A program made the translations under genes and the position numbers. Of a DNA stretch of 64,000 nucleotides, positions 27,107 to 38,049 are shown in pieces. The DNA is taken from the IMG/VR virus record IMGVR_UViG_3300049846_000440; one strand, 5' to 3'. The notes below the pieces were generated by a model. The model was not told the DNA's origin, ran no database searches, and worked only from the letters and a program-made list of their open reading frames with translations. The stretch comes from an uncultured virus (IMG/VR IMGVR_UViG_3300049846_000440). Taxonomy: Duplodnaviria; Heunggongvirae; Uroviricota; Caudoviricetes. Position 1 is the first letter of the stretch. Each line of letters opens with the position of its first letter.

Positions 27107-30100
27107 GATTCCTCCACAGGTTCCAGTCCTTTCGTCTTCCGCCAATATGGTGGCGGCGGTCATTACTGTGTCGCAAGGAATTGCGGGGCCTGCTGGTCCT
27201 CCGGGACCTAGTGGAGCTACTGGCCCGGGGGCCGGACCTACAGGACCTTCCGGAGCTACTGGGCCTATTGGGGTGTCTGGGGCTACGGGTCCGTCTGGAC
27301 CATCTGGAGCAAAAGGCAATACGGGATCTTCTGGGGCTACCGGACCTTCTGGGGCTACAGGTCCGCAGGGCGATCAAGGACTTGTCGGTCCTTCTGGGGC
27401 ACAGGGGCCTACAGGTCCGCAAGGGATTCAGGGCATACAAGGAATTCAGGGTATACAAGGATTGGAAGGTCCATCAGGTCCTCAAGGAGTTCAGGGGATT
27501 GCTGGGCCTACTGGGGTTACGGGGCCTACTGGGGTTACGGGACCCACCGGGGTTACAGGAGCTACAGGTCCGCTTTCAGTTCCTTATTATACTTTAAGTT
27601 CTTCCCCTCATACATGTTCCATAAGCCAAAAAGAATTTTTGGTTTCAAAGACACTCGGGTACACTGCGCAGCAGCGGGTAGTAATTGTAGATTCTGGGAA
27701 TCCTACGAACACTGCGTACCTGATGAGGGGATATGTTCAATCGTATAATCCAAATTTCAATCCGTTGTACGGGCAATTGATTGTTCAGGTTGATTATGTA
27801 AATACTTACTCTGCGGTATCGCGTAACACTTGGTTGATCAATTTGGACGGGGCTGGGTTTACCGGGGCTACCGGACCCACGGCGTATTCTGGAACTTCTT
27901 CGTCCAGCCTTACTTTGGCTACGGAATCTAAGACGTTCGTTACGCAGAATTCTTTAGGATACCAAATTGGGCATCGGGTTTACATAACCCGCACTAACGC
28001 GCCTGCTTCAAACATGCGCGGGGTGGTTACTGCGTATAACCAATGGCCTTTTAATGCTGAATTGGTAGTTACTATCGACCAATCCACCGACCCTTCTGGA
28101 ACAAGTACGTTTACCGATTGGTCAATAAACTTGGATGGAGCGGTAGGACCAACGGGGGTTACGGGACCTGTGGGTCCAACAGGTCCGGGCGGTACGGTGG
28201 CGAATTGGGGTAGGTTTACAATAGACACTGATACTACTGGCGGGGATGTTTCTTCCGCTCGTTTGTATATTACAACTACCGAGGTACAACTCGGGGCACT
28301 CCAACCGGGGTCTCCTGTAAGCGGATTAGCGCGTCCGTTTGTGCAAAGTGCGTCATCAGGAAGTGGGTTTACTGTTACTAATGGTGGTAACTCAATAACA
28401 ATAACTTACGGTGGTACGTATAGGTTAGCGTTTTTAGTAAACGCTACCAATTCCAGCACCGCCGCCGACGCTAGTGTGGATTTGTGGTATACCGTAAGTA
28501 CTGCTACCACAAACGTGTTATCGCAGAGATATGATGTAATTAAAGATCAAGGCCCCAACCCCCTGCTATATCAAGATGTACGTACGTTTGCAGCAGGGGA
28601 TGTTCTAAGATTCTACGCTAAAAGCTCGTCTAATACAGCAGTTACATTGGCTTCCGCTACGAGTTCTGGCACTACGCCTGCCCGACCTGCGGTATATGTA
28701 GAACTGTATCAAGTAACCTACACCCAGATGGGTCCCTCCGGAGCAACTGGTCCAACTGGACCAACGGGGCCTACTGGGGTTACGGGACCCACCGGGGGTA
28801 CAGGAGCAGCTGGTCCAACTGGACCAACGGGGCCTACGTCCTATTCGGGTACTTCCATATCGTCTCACTCGTTACAATACGGGTCCAAAACTTTCACTAC
28901 CCAAGCAAACTTAGGGTATTTGCCGGGGCATCGAGTTTTGATTTCCGAGGGTACCGACCCCTCTCGTCAAATACGTGGGCGGGTAACGGCTTACACCGGA
29001 ACCTCTTTGACCGTCGACGTTGATACGTCTTCGGCATATTCCAGTGCTACCCCTTACACTTCTTGGAATATCCAATTGGACGGAATTCGTCCGTATGCAG
29101 GTATTTCCAGTACTTCTGTAGCCGTTACTACAGGGGCTAAGACGTTCGCAACCCAACCGAATTTGGGGTTCGTGTCTACTCATCGGGTAGTGATCCAATC
29201 TCGTGGAACTCCTAGCGCGGTATTACGGGGATCGGTTACTTCGTACGATTCTTCTGCTGGGACTTTAGTTGTGCAGGTGGATTTTGCCTCCGGCACCGGA
29301 ACTTTGACTGATTGGGATATCCAGTTGGAAGGTACCCCACTTACGGCTACGGTAGCCCAAGCATTTGCCGCTACAGCAAGCAATGTTTTAGTGACCCCAG
29401 ATGGATTGATTTTGTCTGGAACCGTACCAACGTCTTCGTTATTTGGATCGATTTCACGAGCCAAATACAATACTACGCTTGTTGCGGCCAATGCGAGAGG
29501 GGATGGAGCGGTAGACCTTCAATCCGATAGAAGTACAGCGACCCAAGTTGCTTCTGGGTTGAAGAGCGTACTCATAGGTGGGGCACGAAACACCGCTTCA
29601 GGGGATTATACTGCTGTTCTAGCGGGATATGGAAACTCCGCTACCGCTACCAATTTTGCTACTGTCATAAATGGGGGCAGTAACGCTGCTGCTGCTGGAT
29701 ACGCTACTATTGTAAATGGAGAAGGTAATGGGGTTGCTATTAGCAGCACGTATGGGTTCGTCGGTAATGGGAACAACAACAACGTGGCGGCGTCTTCCGC
29801 TAATGCTACAGTATTAAATGGGAGCAATAATACTGCATCTAATGCGTATAGTGCTGTTTTGGCTGGGTTGAGTAACACTGCATCTGGCAATAACGCGATG
29901 GTGTTGTGCGGCAACACCAATACGGCAGCAGCGGAGTACAGCACCGTATTGCACGGACTTAACGCCAATATCGCGTCAACCAGACCCCGGCACCTTGCAA
30001 TGGCCCACGCGGGCAGATTCTCAGTAGACGGGGATTGCCAGTACATGAGTTTGATCGTCCGAGGAGCGACTGCTGCTAACACTATTCCTGTAGTATTGAC

Positions 30101-30437
30101 CTCGGACGGTAATGCCGCTTCTTCCAGTAACCAAGTTTCAGTACCTACAGACAAAATTTTAACTGGTATTGTTTATCTTCACGGGTACGGTTCAAATGGG
30201 GTGATATCTAGCTACGTACGTAGGTTTTCTATTAGTCGTGCGACTAACACCACTGCTTTATTGGGTACCATCAGTGTGGTAGGTACGGACCCCGCTGCGA
30301 ACCCCGCAGGGTGGGTTGTGTCAATCACTGCAAACGACACGCTCGATGTGCTTCAAATTCAATGCAATACAGACGGGACTACGGCAGTGCGTTGGGCAGC
30401 ATATGTGGATTGGATTGAAACGACTAAGTCTCCTTAA
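27099..30437 (+). CDS. collagen-like tail/capsid fibre protein (1112 aa)
   Basis: G-X-Y runs (GPTGVTGPT), four ~85-aa repeats (SKTF.TQ..LG....RV.I...RG.VT.Y...W.I.LDG), Gly/Asn beta-helix repeats (GxxNTASG). Confidence 0.85.
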   Translation: MSEIPPQVPVLSSSANMVAAVITVSQGIAGPAGPPGPSGATGPGAGPTGPSGATGPIGVSGATGPSGPSGAKGNTGSSGATGPSGATGPQGDQGLVGPSGAQGPTGPQGIQGIQGIQGIQGLEGPSGPQGVQGIAGPTGVTGPTGVTGPTGVTGATGPLSVPYYTLSSSPHTCSISQKEFLVSKTLGYTAQQRVVIVDSGNPTNTAYLMRGYVQSYNPNFNPLYGQLIVQVDYVNTYSAVSRNTWLINLDGAGFTGATGPTAYSGTSSSSLTLATESKTFVTQNSLGYQIGHRVYITRTNAPASNMRGVVTAYNQWPFNAELVVTIDQSTDPSGTSTFTDWSINLDGAVGPTGVTGPVGPTGPGGTVANWGRFTIDTDTTGGDVSSARLYITTTEVQLGALQPGSPVSGLARPFVQSASSGSGFTVTNGGNSITITYGGTYRLAFLVNATNSSTAADASVDLWYTVSTATTNVLSQRYDVIKDQGPNPLLYQDVRTFAAGDVLRFYAKSSSNTAVTLASATSSGTTPARPAVYVELYQVTYTQMGPSGATGPTGPTGPTGVTGPTGGTGAAGPTGPTGPTSYSGTSISSHSLQYGSKTFTTQANLGYLPGHRVLISEGTDPSRQIRGRVTAYTGTSLTVDVDTSSAYSSATPYTSWNIQLDGIRPYAGISSTSVAVTTGAKTFATQPNLGFVSTHRVVIQSRGTPSAVLRGSVTSYDSSAGTLVVQVDFASGTGTLTDWDIQLEGTPLTATVAQAFAATASNVLVTPDGLILSGTVPTSSLFGSISRAKYNTTLVAANARGDGAVDLQSDRSTATQVASGLKSVLIGGARNTASGDYTAVLAGYGNSATATNFATVINGGSNAAAAGYATIVNGEGNGVAISSTYGFVGNGNNNNVAASSANATVLNGSNNTASNAYSAVLAGLSNTASGNNAMVLCGNTNTAAAEYSTVLHGLNANIASTRPRHLAMAHAGRFSVDGDCQYMSLIVRGATAANTIPVVLTSDGNAASSSNQVSVPTDKILTGIVYLHGYGSNGVISSYVRRFSISRATNTTALLGTISVVGTDPAANPAGWVVSITANDTLDVLQIQCNTDGTTAVRWAAYVDWIETTKSP

Positions 30438-30481
30438 TTCCTCTCTTGAATCTCGAAACCTTTTAACCCTACTATAACGCT

Positions 30482-33184
30482 ATGTCTCAATGGGATAATG
30501 CAGGACCTGTAATCGCTGACAAATCGCAGAGCATTGTCCCTGCACTTAACTGTCCACCGCTACCCATCAGTGCGAGTTCCGCTATTCCAATTAGCGCGAG
30601 TTCCGCTATTCCAATTAGCGCGAGTTCTCCTTTGCCTGTACAACAAAACGGATCGGTGTCGATTGCCGCAGAAAACTCTGGAGGTTCTCCGGTTGATTTG
30701 TTGGCATCCCCGAATGGGGGTTTGATTACGGGAAACGCCCTTACCAAATTTCGGGATTCGTACGAATCATATACCCCCGGAGTATTGTACAATGAAGTAA
30801 AAGCTTCTGGGGACATCGTTCGGGCGGATGGAAACACCGGGTCCGCATCGTATTTGGTGATTAGTAAATCGCCTTGGAATGCTGGAACAGAAACTACGGT
30901 TACTTCGGTTTCAAATTTTGCAATGCCGCTTGACGTGAGTCTCGGATTGCATATGAGCCAACGCGCCCTCGGGCAAGAGTTTGCTGTGGAAGTAGTGGAT
31001 TCAGGGACCCCCATGACGGCTCCTTCGGAAATCGATATTTCCGCGTTGTCGCAGGCGACTACCACATTGACGGTTACTACGGCTACAAACCACGGACTTT
31101 CAGTTGGGCAGGCATTTGGTATCTACGGATGTGCAGATTCGCAGTTTAACTATTCCGCTCTCGTTGTTGCTACTATTACCAGTCCTACTTCTTTTACGGC
31201 AACGGCAGGTCCCGGCGGGACTATCCCAACCCTTACTGCGTCTCCTGCTGCTTTGGGTACTCCCAAGATCTTCTACAGGCGTAGGCTTGGTGGGGCTGTT
31301 GATGGTACGAGTATCATTTTTGAAAACGCTACGGCTACCAATGCGAGCATTTATACTCGTTCTGGAACGGGGGATGCGTATCCAACAGGCACCTTTGCTG
31401 GGAACCATTCCGTAACCACGCTGTCTACAGCTTCTGTTGCATTGGCGACTTCTTTTGGAGCGTATTCGTTCCTACCAACAGCAGAATTCCGTTTGAACTG
31501 CGCGTTGGATCGGGTTCAGTGGTTTAACCAAAGTGCGGATGTTGCGACTGGATACTCTCAGCTTGCTATTCGTACTAGCGTTTGTCCGAATTCTGGGAAA
31601 CGGTATTTGTTGCGGTATAGGGCTACCAACAACAAATCGTTGACGGTTCCAATCGGCAAGATCGTATCGGTTTCCAAAGCGGGATCGACTACGGCAACCA
31701 TAACTTTTGCCGCCGCGCACGGGCTTACCGTCAATGACCGTATTGTAATTTACGGAATTGCGGATCAAACCAACTTTGCGAACCAAACAACCGCCGTTCA
31801 AGTTGCTTCAGTTATCGGCGGTGCTGGAAGTACGCAAATCACAGTTGCCTTTGGCGCGTCCGCTACGACTACGTCTTACGGCGGTTACGTCAGTCGGGTG
31901 AACGGTCAACAGGTTCAACAGGGCGCAATCACCCAAGTCGCAATTAACGCGGCGGTCACAAGTGGTATTCTAACTCTTACTGGTAACGCAGCATGGACTG
32001 GTTTTGTTATTGGTGATTATCTGGAAGTTATCGGAGTACGGAACACCTCTACCGGGGCTGATCTTGGCGTTGATGGGGCTTACCAAGTCCGAAATGTTTC
32101 GACCACGACTTTGGTGTTGGAACCCCTTACTGGTACCGTTCCTCCGACGACTTTGGTGTCTACTGCTTGCGGTGGGGGCATTATCAAACGAACTGATCTA
32201 CGTATTTCGTGGGCACGGATTATCGATTTTGAACGTCAGCGTGTTGAGTTTTCCCCTCGTCCTTCTGGTGATGTAAGCATTGCACTTCCTGTTCAAATTC
32301 CAAGTACGGTTACTGTAACTGGTACAAACGTATCCACCAACGTTAACCAGATCGGTGCGGCTACACCTGCTGTAGGTGTTTCGAGTGGTTCTACGAACTC
32401 TACTCTATCTGTAAACGTAGCATCTGCTATTTCAAACGTAGACCAAAACGCCACTGCATTTAACGGTGCTGGTCGCGTGAATGGTACTGTTGTTGCATCT
32501 GCAAGAGGTGGTTCTGCTGTAATCAGCGCGGAAATCAACGTTTCTGCGCTTACTTTGGGAACAGCAACTAGCGTTGTATTTGTCCTACAGGAATCGTCTG
32601 GTGGAACCAACTTTACTGACATCTGGGTGTCTGATCCAGTTGCTACTACTGGCATTGTTCGTGTCCCTCCAATCTTGGTTGGTGGTCGTCGCCGTTGGGC
32701 CGCGCACTCTGTTGGTGGCACATCGACAACTGTAACTGCAACAATTACTGCCCTTGAGTTGCCATCCGGCTACCCTTCAATCCGTCAATACCGGGATGCG
32801 TATTCAGCTACCAACCCGTTCGCTACCGTCATCAATACAGCAACTCAAACGGCTACCAACTTTGGAGCGACTACCGCGTTGGCCGCAACCACTCAACAGA
32901 CTTCGCCATGCGTAATTGAGGGGTGTACCCGTATTACAGCGCACATGACGTTGGCGGGCACTCCTACGGTCACGACCCAACCAGTAGTTTCGCTGGAGGT
33001 CTCGCAGGATCTCACGAACTGGTTTACGACGACTACCACGATGACAGCAGCGGGAGCCGGAACGTATTCAGCAACGCTTCAAAATGTTGCCTATCGGTAT
33101 GCTCGTTTACGGGTTACCACTGCGGCAGCTTACAGTGCTGGGGCGTACACCATAAGTTCTGTTGGTATCACCGCAGTAGGATAA
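30482..33184 (+). CDS. Thr/Ser-rich virion fibre or structural protein (900 aa)
   Basis: Repeated T.TT...HGL.VG..I.IYG beta modules; lies in the structural block. Confidence 0.7.
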   Translation: MSQWDNAGPVIADKSQSIVPALNCPPLPISASSAIPISASSAIPISASSPLPVQQNGSVSIAAENSGGSPVDLLASPNGGLITGNALTKFRDSYESYTPGVLYNEVKASGDIVRADGNTGSASYLVISKSPWNAGTETTVTSVSNFAMPLDVSLGLHMSQRALGQEFAVEVVDSGTPMTAPSEIDISALSQATTTLTVTTATNHGLSVGQAFGIYGCADSQFNYSALVVATITSPTSFTATAGPGGTIPTLTASPAALGTPKIFYRRRLGGAVDGTSIIFENATATNASIYTRSGTGDAYPTGTFAGNHSVTTLSTASVALATSFGAYSFLPTAEFRLNCALDRVQWFNQSADVATGYSQLAIRTSVCPNSGKRYLLRYRATNNKSLTVPIGKIVSVSKAGSTTATITFAAAHGLTVNDRIVIYGIADQTNFANQTTAVQVASVIGGAGSTQITVAFGASATTTSYGGYVSRVNGQQVQQGAITQVAINAAVTSGILTLTGNAAWTGFVIGDYLEVIGVRNTSTGADLGVDGAYQVRNVSTTTLVLEPLTGTVPPTTLVSTACGGGIIKRTDLRISWARIIDFERQRVEFSPRPSGDVSIALPVQIPSTVTVTGTNVSTNVNQIGAATPAVGVSSGSTNSTLSVNVASAISNVDQNATAFNGAGRVNGTVVASARGGSAVISAEINVSALTLGTATSVVFVLQESSGGTNFTDIWVSDPVATTGIVRVPPILVGGRRRWAAHSVGGTSTTVTATITALELPSGYPSIRQYRDAYSATNPFATVINTATQTATNFGATTALAATTQQTSPCVIEGCTRITAHMTLAGTPTVTTQPVVSLEVSQDLTNWFTTTTTMTAAGAGTYSATLQNVAYRYARLRVTTAAAYSAGAYTISSVGITAVG
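30563..30634 (+). repeat. 3 x 24-bp in-frame tandem repeat (PISASSAI)
   Basis: CCAATTAGCGCGAGTTCCGCTATT-like unit, three copies. Confidence 0.9.
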
Positions 33185-33193
33185 ATTAAAACT

Positions 33194-33406
33194 ATGAGAA
33201 TTACCGAACTTACAATCAATATTGAGCGACAATTTGTTTTTGTACGTTGCTTATTTAATGTACAAGGAGTAGAACATCCCATCGTTTTTACGCTACGTGA
33301 ATCCGATCTATACTCGGCGGCAGCCGCTCGTGGTGCGGACTCGTGGGAAAATGAAGACGTGATTTCGGTTGCACAAGCGCAGTTGATGCTTACCTTATCC
33401 GTATGA
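33194..33406 (+). CDS. hypothetical protein (possible fibre chaperone)
   Basis: Small gene directly after the fibre gene. Confidence 0.6.
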   Translation: MRITELTINIERQFVFVRCLFNVQGVEHPIVFTLRESDLYSAAAARGADSWENEDVISVAQAQLMLTLSV

Positions 33407-33588
33407 GTAAGTTCATATCCTTCGTCATCGACAACCGTGAATCCCTGATTGCCATCGTCGGGGGGGTTACGTTCACGGCACGTCTGATCGTAAAGCTCAC
33501 CCCTACTCCGAAAGACGACTCCGCTCTGGAGAAAGTGATCGGAGTGCTGAAGCACGTGGGGCTGCACATCGACAGCAACAAGAAGTAA
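33403..33588 (+). CDS. holin-like small membrane protein
   Basis: LIAIVGGVTFTARLIVKLTPTPKDD motif, first gene of the lysis cluster. Confidence 0.6.
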   Translation: MSKFISFVIDNRESLIAIVGGVTFTARLIVKLTPTPKDDSALEKVIGVLKHVGLHIDSNKK

Positions 33589-33589
33589 T

Positions 33590-33757
33590 ATGGTGACCTC
33601 GCTCGTGAAACTGCTGCTGGCGTTTCCGGGGTTGTTCAAAATTTTCATCCAGATCCGTGAGGAGATCGAAAAACAGATGGCTACTGATCAGCATCAGCGC
33701 AATCGTGATCTCATCGCTCAGTGGATGCGTTACGATACGAAAAAGCCGGGTACCTGA
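33590..33757 (+). CDS. putative i-spanin (Rz-like; 55 aa, not in ORF track)
   Basis: MVTSLVKLLLAFPGLFKIFIQIREEIEKQMATDQHQRN...: N-terminal hydrophobic anchor plus short helix, overlapped by a lipoprotein gene. Confidence 0.55.
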   Translation: MVTSLVKLLLAFPGLFKIFIQIREEIEKQMATDQHQRNRDLIAQWMRYDTKKPGT

Positions 33758-33866
33758 GTTCATTACTCGGCTGGGGCATTCTTACTCTCCAGAGGAAAAA
33801 GCCGTAATCGTTGACATGTTGAACTACATCAACGACCTAGAGTATCAAACTCGTACCATGCCATGA
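33657..33866 (+). CDS. putative o-spanin lipoprotein (Rz1-like)
   Basis: Signal peptide with lipobox LSG-C; starts inside the preceding gene in another frame. Confidence 0.65.
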   Translation: MRRSKNRWLLISISAIVISSLSGCVTIRKSRVPEFITRLGHSYSPEEKAVIVDMLNYINDLEYQTRTMP

Positions 33867-34504
33867 GTACTTCTAGCATCAACCAGTACAAACGGCTTCA
33901 GGCAGTTCTTGGAACTGCCATTGACGGGATTCCGGGTCCGAAGGACGATGCTGCGTATCGTGCGCTACGTAGGAAAGTCGAAGAGGAACGAGCTAAACTT
34001 TTGGTACCGTCCGACGAATCTTCGTTGGGGGCAGCTATTGTCCGGGTAGCGAGGGAAGAGGTAGGGGTTTCTGAAGTCACAAAGAATCAGGCTCCAGAGA
34101 TCGCCAAATACTGGTCTGCCACTGACTACTCTACAGGGATGCAGAACCGGGAACCGTGGTGCGCGGCGTTTGTCTGCTGGTGCATACGCGAAGGGGTACG
34201 GGATTTTGGTTTGGCTGCGCCGTGGCCGCTGCCGAAGACTGCTCGGGCGTTTGGATTCGACGATGAATGGGCAGCTCGGAATACGATCCGAGTCACTAAG
34301 ACCCCCGCAGCCACTGCCCTAAAGCCCGGAGATGTAGTCGTTTTCCGGTTCAGCCATGTTGGGATCTACGTGGGTCCAGTCAATTCCACCTCCATCCTCA
34401 CGATTGAGGGCAACACCAACGGAGAAGGAAGTCGCGAAGGAGACGGGGTGTACCAGAAGATTCGCCCGATTTCGCTGGTTCGATCTGCGGTTCATATTTC
34501 CTGA
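33863..34504 (+). CDS. endolysin, CHAP-domain peptidoglycan hydrolase with N-terminal PG-binding-like motif
   Basis: LQAVLG..IDGIPGP; EPWCAAFVCW, PGDVVVF, SHVGI, TIEGNT. Confidence 0.88.
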   Translation: MSTSSINQYKRLQAVLGTAIDGIPGPKDDAAYRALRRKVEEERAKLLVPSDESSLGAAIVRVAREEVGVSEVTKNQAPEIAKYWSATDYSTGMQNREPWCAAFVCWCIREGVRDFGLAAPWPLPKTARAFGFDDEWAARNTIRVTKTPAATALKPGDVVVFRFSHVGIYVGPVNSTSILTIEGNTNGEGSREGDGVYQKIRPISLVRSAVHIS

Positions 34505-34506
34505 GT

Positions 34507-34914
34507 ATGTTCCAACCTAAAAAACCAGTTCAGGACGAGTACGGGCAGATTTACGAGAAGCTCAAGGACGACCCCAATAATCTGTGGGGTGGGCCAAAGC
34601 CGATTATCGCTCCAAAGGTAGCCCCCACCGTAGGACCTAAACCGATCACTACACAGAATGTAGCCCCCGCCGTAGGGCCGAAGCCGATCACTACTCCGAA
34701 GGTAGACCCCAACAACCTGTTCGGTGGGCCGAAACCGATCGCCACTCCCGGTACAGCTTCCATGAATTCTGGAAACCCTGCTGCCAAATTTCTAGTAGGT
34801 GTCGCCAGTACGAAACCCCGTCCGAGTTGGGAGGAAGCCGAACAGCTCAGGCTAAAGCGCATGCAGGACGCGCAAGCTCGTTTCGCCAACAAACAGGCAA
34901 CCCGTCCTTTCTGA
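34507..34914 (+). CDS. Pro-rich low-complexity protein with four GPKPI repeats
   Basis: DPNNL(W/F)GGPKPI x2 and VAP(T/A)VGPKPI x2. Confidence 0.65.
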   Translation: MFQPKKPVQDEYGQIYEKLKDDPNNLWGGPKPIIAPKVAPTVGPKPITTQNVAPAVGPKPITTPKVDPNNLFGGPKPIATPGTASMNSGNPAAKFLVGVASTKPRPSWEEAEQLRLKRMQDAQARFANKQATRPF

Positions 34915-34962
34915 CGGAATACGTTTGCCTAACGGTGCCTAGTGGTATGTCATACCGTTCAC

Positions 34963-36042
34963 ATGAAACCCACGCTGCACCTAATTGGGATTTTCCACAC
35001 AATACACAATCTTGAGTATTCGCATTGCGCCTTCACCGGAAAGGCTTTGCGGTTCTCAAAGATGATGCGTCCGTACGGCTACGACGTAATTGAGTACGCC
35101 AACGAAGGAAGCGAGTCCGAGGCCACTGAGAAGGTGGTAATGCTGACCAAAGAGGAGTTGGAGAGTTTGACGGGCGGTAGAAAGGCCACGGACTTCCACG
35201 GCAGTTTGGCGGTGTGCGGATCGCCACACCATCAGGAGTTTGAACGGCGACTGATCGCCGCTATGAAGGACCGGGTTCGTCCGGGCGATCTGATCTGTCA
35301 CCCGTTTGGCCACGCGCATGAAGGGGTGACAAGTGTGTTTCAGAACAACTTCCACATTGAGACGGGGATTGGCTACAAGACTTTGATCCCTACGTCATTC
35401 CGCATCTATGAAACCTATGCATGGCGGCATTATCATGCGGGGCGCGGTGGATGGGAGGGGAAACACTACGATTTTGTAGTACCGAATTATTTCGACGTAG
35501 ATGAGTGGCTCCCGTCATATTCCCCCGGAAATTACTACGCCTTCCTTGGTAGGATAGGACAATGTAAAGGACTAGACACGATCTTGGAGATCGCCAGACG
35601 CCTTCCGCCGGATGGTCCGAAGATCGTTTTACATGGGCAAGGAGATCCAAGCCAGTGGCAACATCCGATGATCGAGTATCGTGGTCCGATTCATGGAAGG
35701 GCGCGGAGTGAATTTCTTCGCAACGCGATTTGTTCGTTGATGCCCACAGAATTTTTGGAACCTTTTGGCGGTTCCGGTGTTGAAGGGCTTCTTTGTGGAA
35801 CCCCTCTACTTGGGGTTGACTACGGGGCGTTTTCCGAAACAGTGCAACACGGGGTCAATGGGTTCCGATGCCATACCCTGAAAGAGTGGCTCACGTCTAT
35901 GGAGATGGCGAAAGAGTTGGACCGCAAGCAGATTGCGCTTGACGCGAGAAGCAAGTATTCTCTTGAGACGTGCGGTGCAAAATACGACCATGCGTTTTCT
36001 TTGATCCACCAGCTTTACGACAAAGGTTGGTACACCTTGTAA
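34963..36042 (+). CDS. glycosyltransferase, GT-B fold (GT4-like)
   Basis: FLGRIGQCKG, EPFGGSGVEGLLCGTP...DYGAFSETVQHGVNGF. Confidence 0.88.
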   Translation: MKPTLHLIGIFHTIHNLEYSHCAFTGKALRFSKMMRPYGYDVIEYANEGSESEATEKVVMLTKEELESLTGGRKATDFHGSLAVCGSPHHQEFERRLIAAMKDRVRPGDLICHPFGHAHEGVTSVFQNNFHIETGIGYKTLIPTSFRIYETYAWRHYHAGRGGWEGKHYDFVVPNYFDVDEWLPSYSPGNYYAFLGRIGQCKGLDTILEIARRLPPDGPKIVLHGQGDPSQWQHPMIEYRGPIHGRARSEFLRNAICSLMPTEFLEPFGGSGVEGLLCGTPLLGVDYGAFSETVQHGVNGFRCHTLKEWLTSMEMAKELDRKQIALDARSKYSLETCGAKYDHAFSLIHQLYDKGWYTL

Positions 36043-36048
36043 ACTGAA

Positions 36049-38043
36049 ATGCCACTTAATCCTACTCCACAGCGGAAGCAGATCTTCCAGTTTCCTACGC
36101 CGAATCTGGATGATCGGGTATTTTACGAGCTGCACGATTCGACTCAAATGAATTACAAGGTGCCAGAGTATGGCACCCCGCATCCGAATCAGGCAAAATA
36201 CGAGGGGTTCGTGTTCGCCCTCGTCAAACCTGCGGACCAGAGTGGATGGGCGACTTGGTTCTACTTAAATGAGCGAGCGAATCAGGACGAGTACAATTTT
36301 GAGATCACCTACCCGTACGCCGACACAGATTATCCGGCCTACGTTCGGACGTACGTTCTAAAGCGTGACGGGTTGGTGGAGCCGGAAGCCGGGGACGCGG
36401 ATCCGGTACATGGGGTTGCGTACCAACTCACAGCGCACAAGCAAACTAGGTTGGCAGATCCGTTGTTGGATTCCCTGTTTGTCGGGGTTCAGCGGGCTTA
36501 CGAACGGCTTCCGGGGCCTACGATTACATCGTACTCGATAAACTCTCGTGGGGACGTCGAAACTCAGTTTGAGCAGGTAGTCCCTAGTGGGACCGAACTA
36601 CAGGCGGACGGACTCACGGTGATGAAGAGTGCGCTGGAGTACGAGTCCACTGTAAAAGGCAAGAAGGTATACTCGACGGTTGGCTCGCATTCCACACTGA
36701 ACGGTGCGCTTTTTGTCGATTCTTTGGAAGGGGTTACGGGGACCCTCAGATCTTCTATCGTAAATCCTAATACGACTTTGCCGCCGATGGGGTCCACGTA
36801 CAACGGGGCTATCGTGGTGTCGGCTACTAAATCTCCTATCTCTGCTACCAAGTCGGAGTTGAAATTGGTGACCGTGCCGTCGCTGCCGACTACCACTCGT
36901 AGGTATTACAACGAGCGGGGGGATCTGGAAACAGAGACGACTAAATATGTAGTTGCAAATACGACCGCAGCAACGCCGCCTGTGGATTCGATAAACACCA
37001 CCAAAGCGATCTACCAACAGGACTCTGTTGGATTTGGACGAGTGGTGGAAGCAAAGGTTTCGGATCATGCGGCCCTTACTTCGGTTTCGTATTCCTCCAA
37101 TTTCAAGGGGGCGAAGGTCACGGAAACCACTGATATCGTTCCACCAACTACGGTTCCGTCGAAACCTACCAAGTCTGGGGCCACGGTTATAGTCGCGGAC
37201 TCTGTAGAGCAGAAGACGCGCACCAAAGCGGTTAAACGTCAAGTGGTCTTAGACGCATGGCCCACGTTGTACGATTACTTTTTTGAAGACGAATTGTCCT
37301 CTTGGGTGTCCGTAAAATACGAGATCATTACCGCAGCCGCTGCGACTAGCGAAGTAGGAAACGCGGGGCCAAGTACGATACCGTTTGAAGAGGTCGAGTA
37401 CAAAGCCATCGATGCCAACTGGACGGCGAAAACTACAAAAAAAGTCCTCAGTAAATTCAACAAACCGGGAATCGGTAACTGCTGTTTTAGGCAGGACAGA
37501 CGAGAGGTTGAATACGACTTCCCCTCGATATTCTTGGGTGTGGCGGTGCGTACTTTGGTTAGTGCCAAGGGGAACGATTACGCCGCGATTACGCCAATCG
37601 TATTAAGCGGAATTCGTAAATATGTACAGGCTACGGTGGATGTGATTTATTGCCAATTGGACACCCCATTGACTAAAGACTTAGCCAATAAGGACTTCAA
37701 AGTAACGCAGATAATCCCGGTCAACGTGGGGTACAACGGGTTCCTCATCAAGTTCGATGCTGGAAGATGTTTGTGCGATGGGGGGCTTAAACAAGGAGGG
37801 TCTTACCCAAAAGTTTTTGCCTACTCGGGGACCAACAGTACAAAATGGCAGCCGCCTATTTACGAGGAATACGCTTACCCCAAGTCATACCCTCCGACTA
37901 TGCCTGAAACCGTGAAGCTCCCGGTGAGGGTAACCCCTTGGAAATACAACCTGTTCAAACACGAACTCTGGTCCTTGGACACTAAATTGCCAGTGGTTAG
38001 TGCGGACCCCGGTACAGGAGCCTTGTACGTTCAGGAACCGTAA
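36049..38043 (+). CDS. putative tail/virion structural protein (664 aa)
   Basis: Beta-rich, Thr/Ser-rich, internal repeats (RGDVET/RGDLET); structural block. Confidence 0.6.
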   Translation: MPLNPTPQRKQIFQFPTPNLDDRVFYELHDSTQMNYKVPEYGTPHPNQAKYEGFVFALVKPADQSGWATWFYLNERANQDEYNFEITYPYADTDYPAYVRTYVLKRDGLVEPEAGDADPVHGVAYQLTAHKQTRLADPLLDSLFVGVQRAYERLPGPTITSYSINSRGDVETQFEQVVPSGTELQADGLTVMKSALEYESTVKGKKVYSTVGSHSTLNGALFVDSLEGVTGTLRSSIVNPNTTLPPMGSTYNGAIVVSATKSPISATKSELKLVTVPSLPTTTRRYYNERGDLETETTKYVVANTTAATPPVDSINTTKAIYQQDSVGFGRVVEAKVSDHAALTSVSYSSNFKGAKVTETTDIVPPTTVPSKPTKSGATVIVADSVEQKTRTKAVKRQVVLDAWPTLYDYFFEDELSSWVSVKYEIITAAAATSEVGNAGPSTIPFEEVEYKAIDANWTAKTTKKVLSKFNKPGIGNCCFRQDRREVEYDFPSIFLGVAVRTLVSAKGNDYAAITPIVLSGIRKYVQATVDVIYCQLDTPLTKDLANKDFKVTQIIPVNVGYNGFLIKFDAGRCLCDGGLKQGGSYPKVFAYSGTNSTKWQPPIYEEYAYPKSYPPTMPETVKLPVRVTPWKYNLFKHELWSLDTKLPVVSADPGTGALYVQEP

Positions 38044-38049
38044 CACCTC

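Noticed and set aside
27099..33184. Diversity-generating retroelement acting on the fibre genes
   Set aside because: No reverse transcriptase and no adenine-specific TR/VR repeat pair seen.
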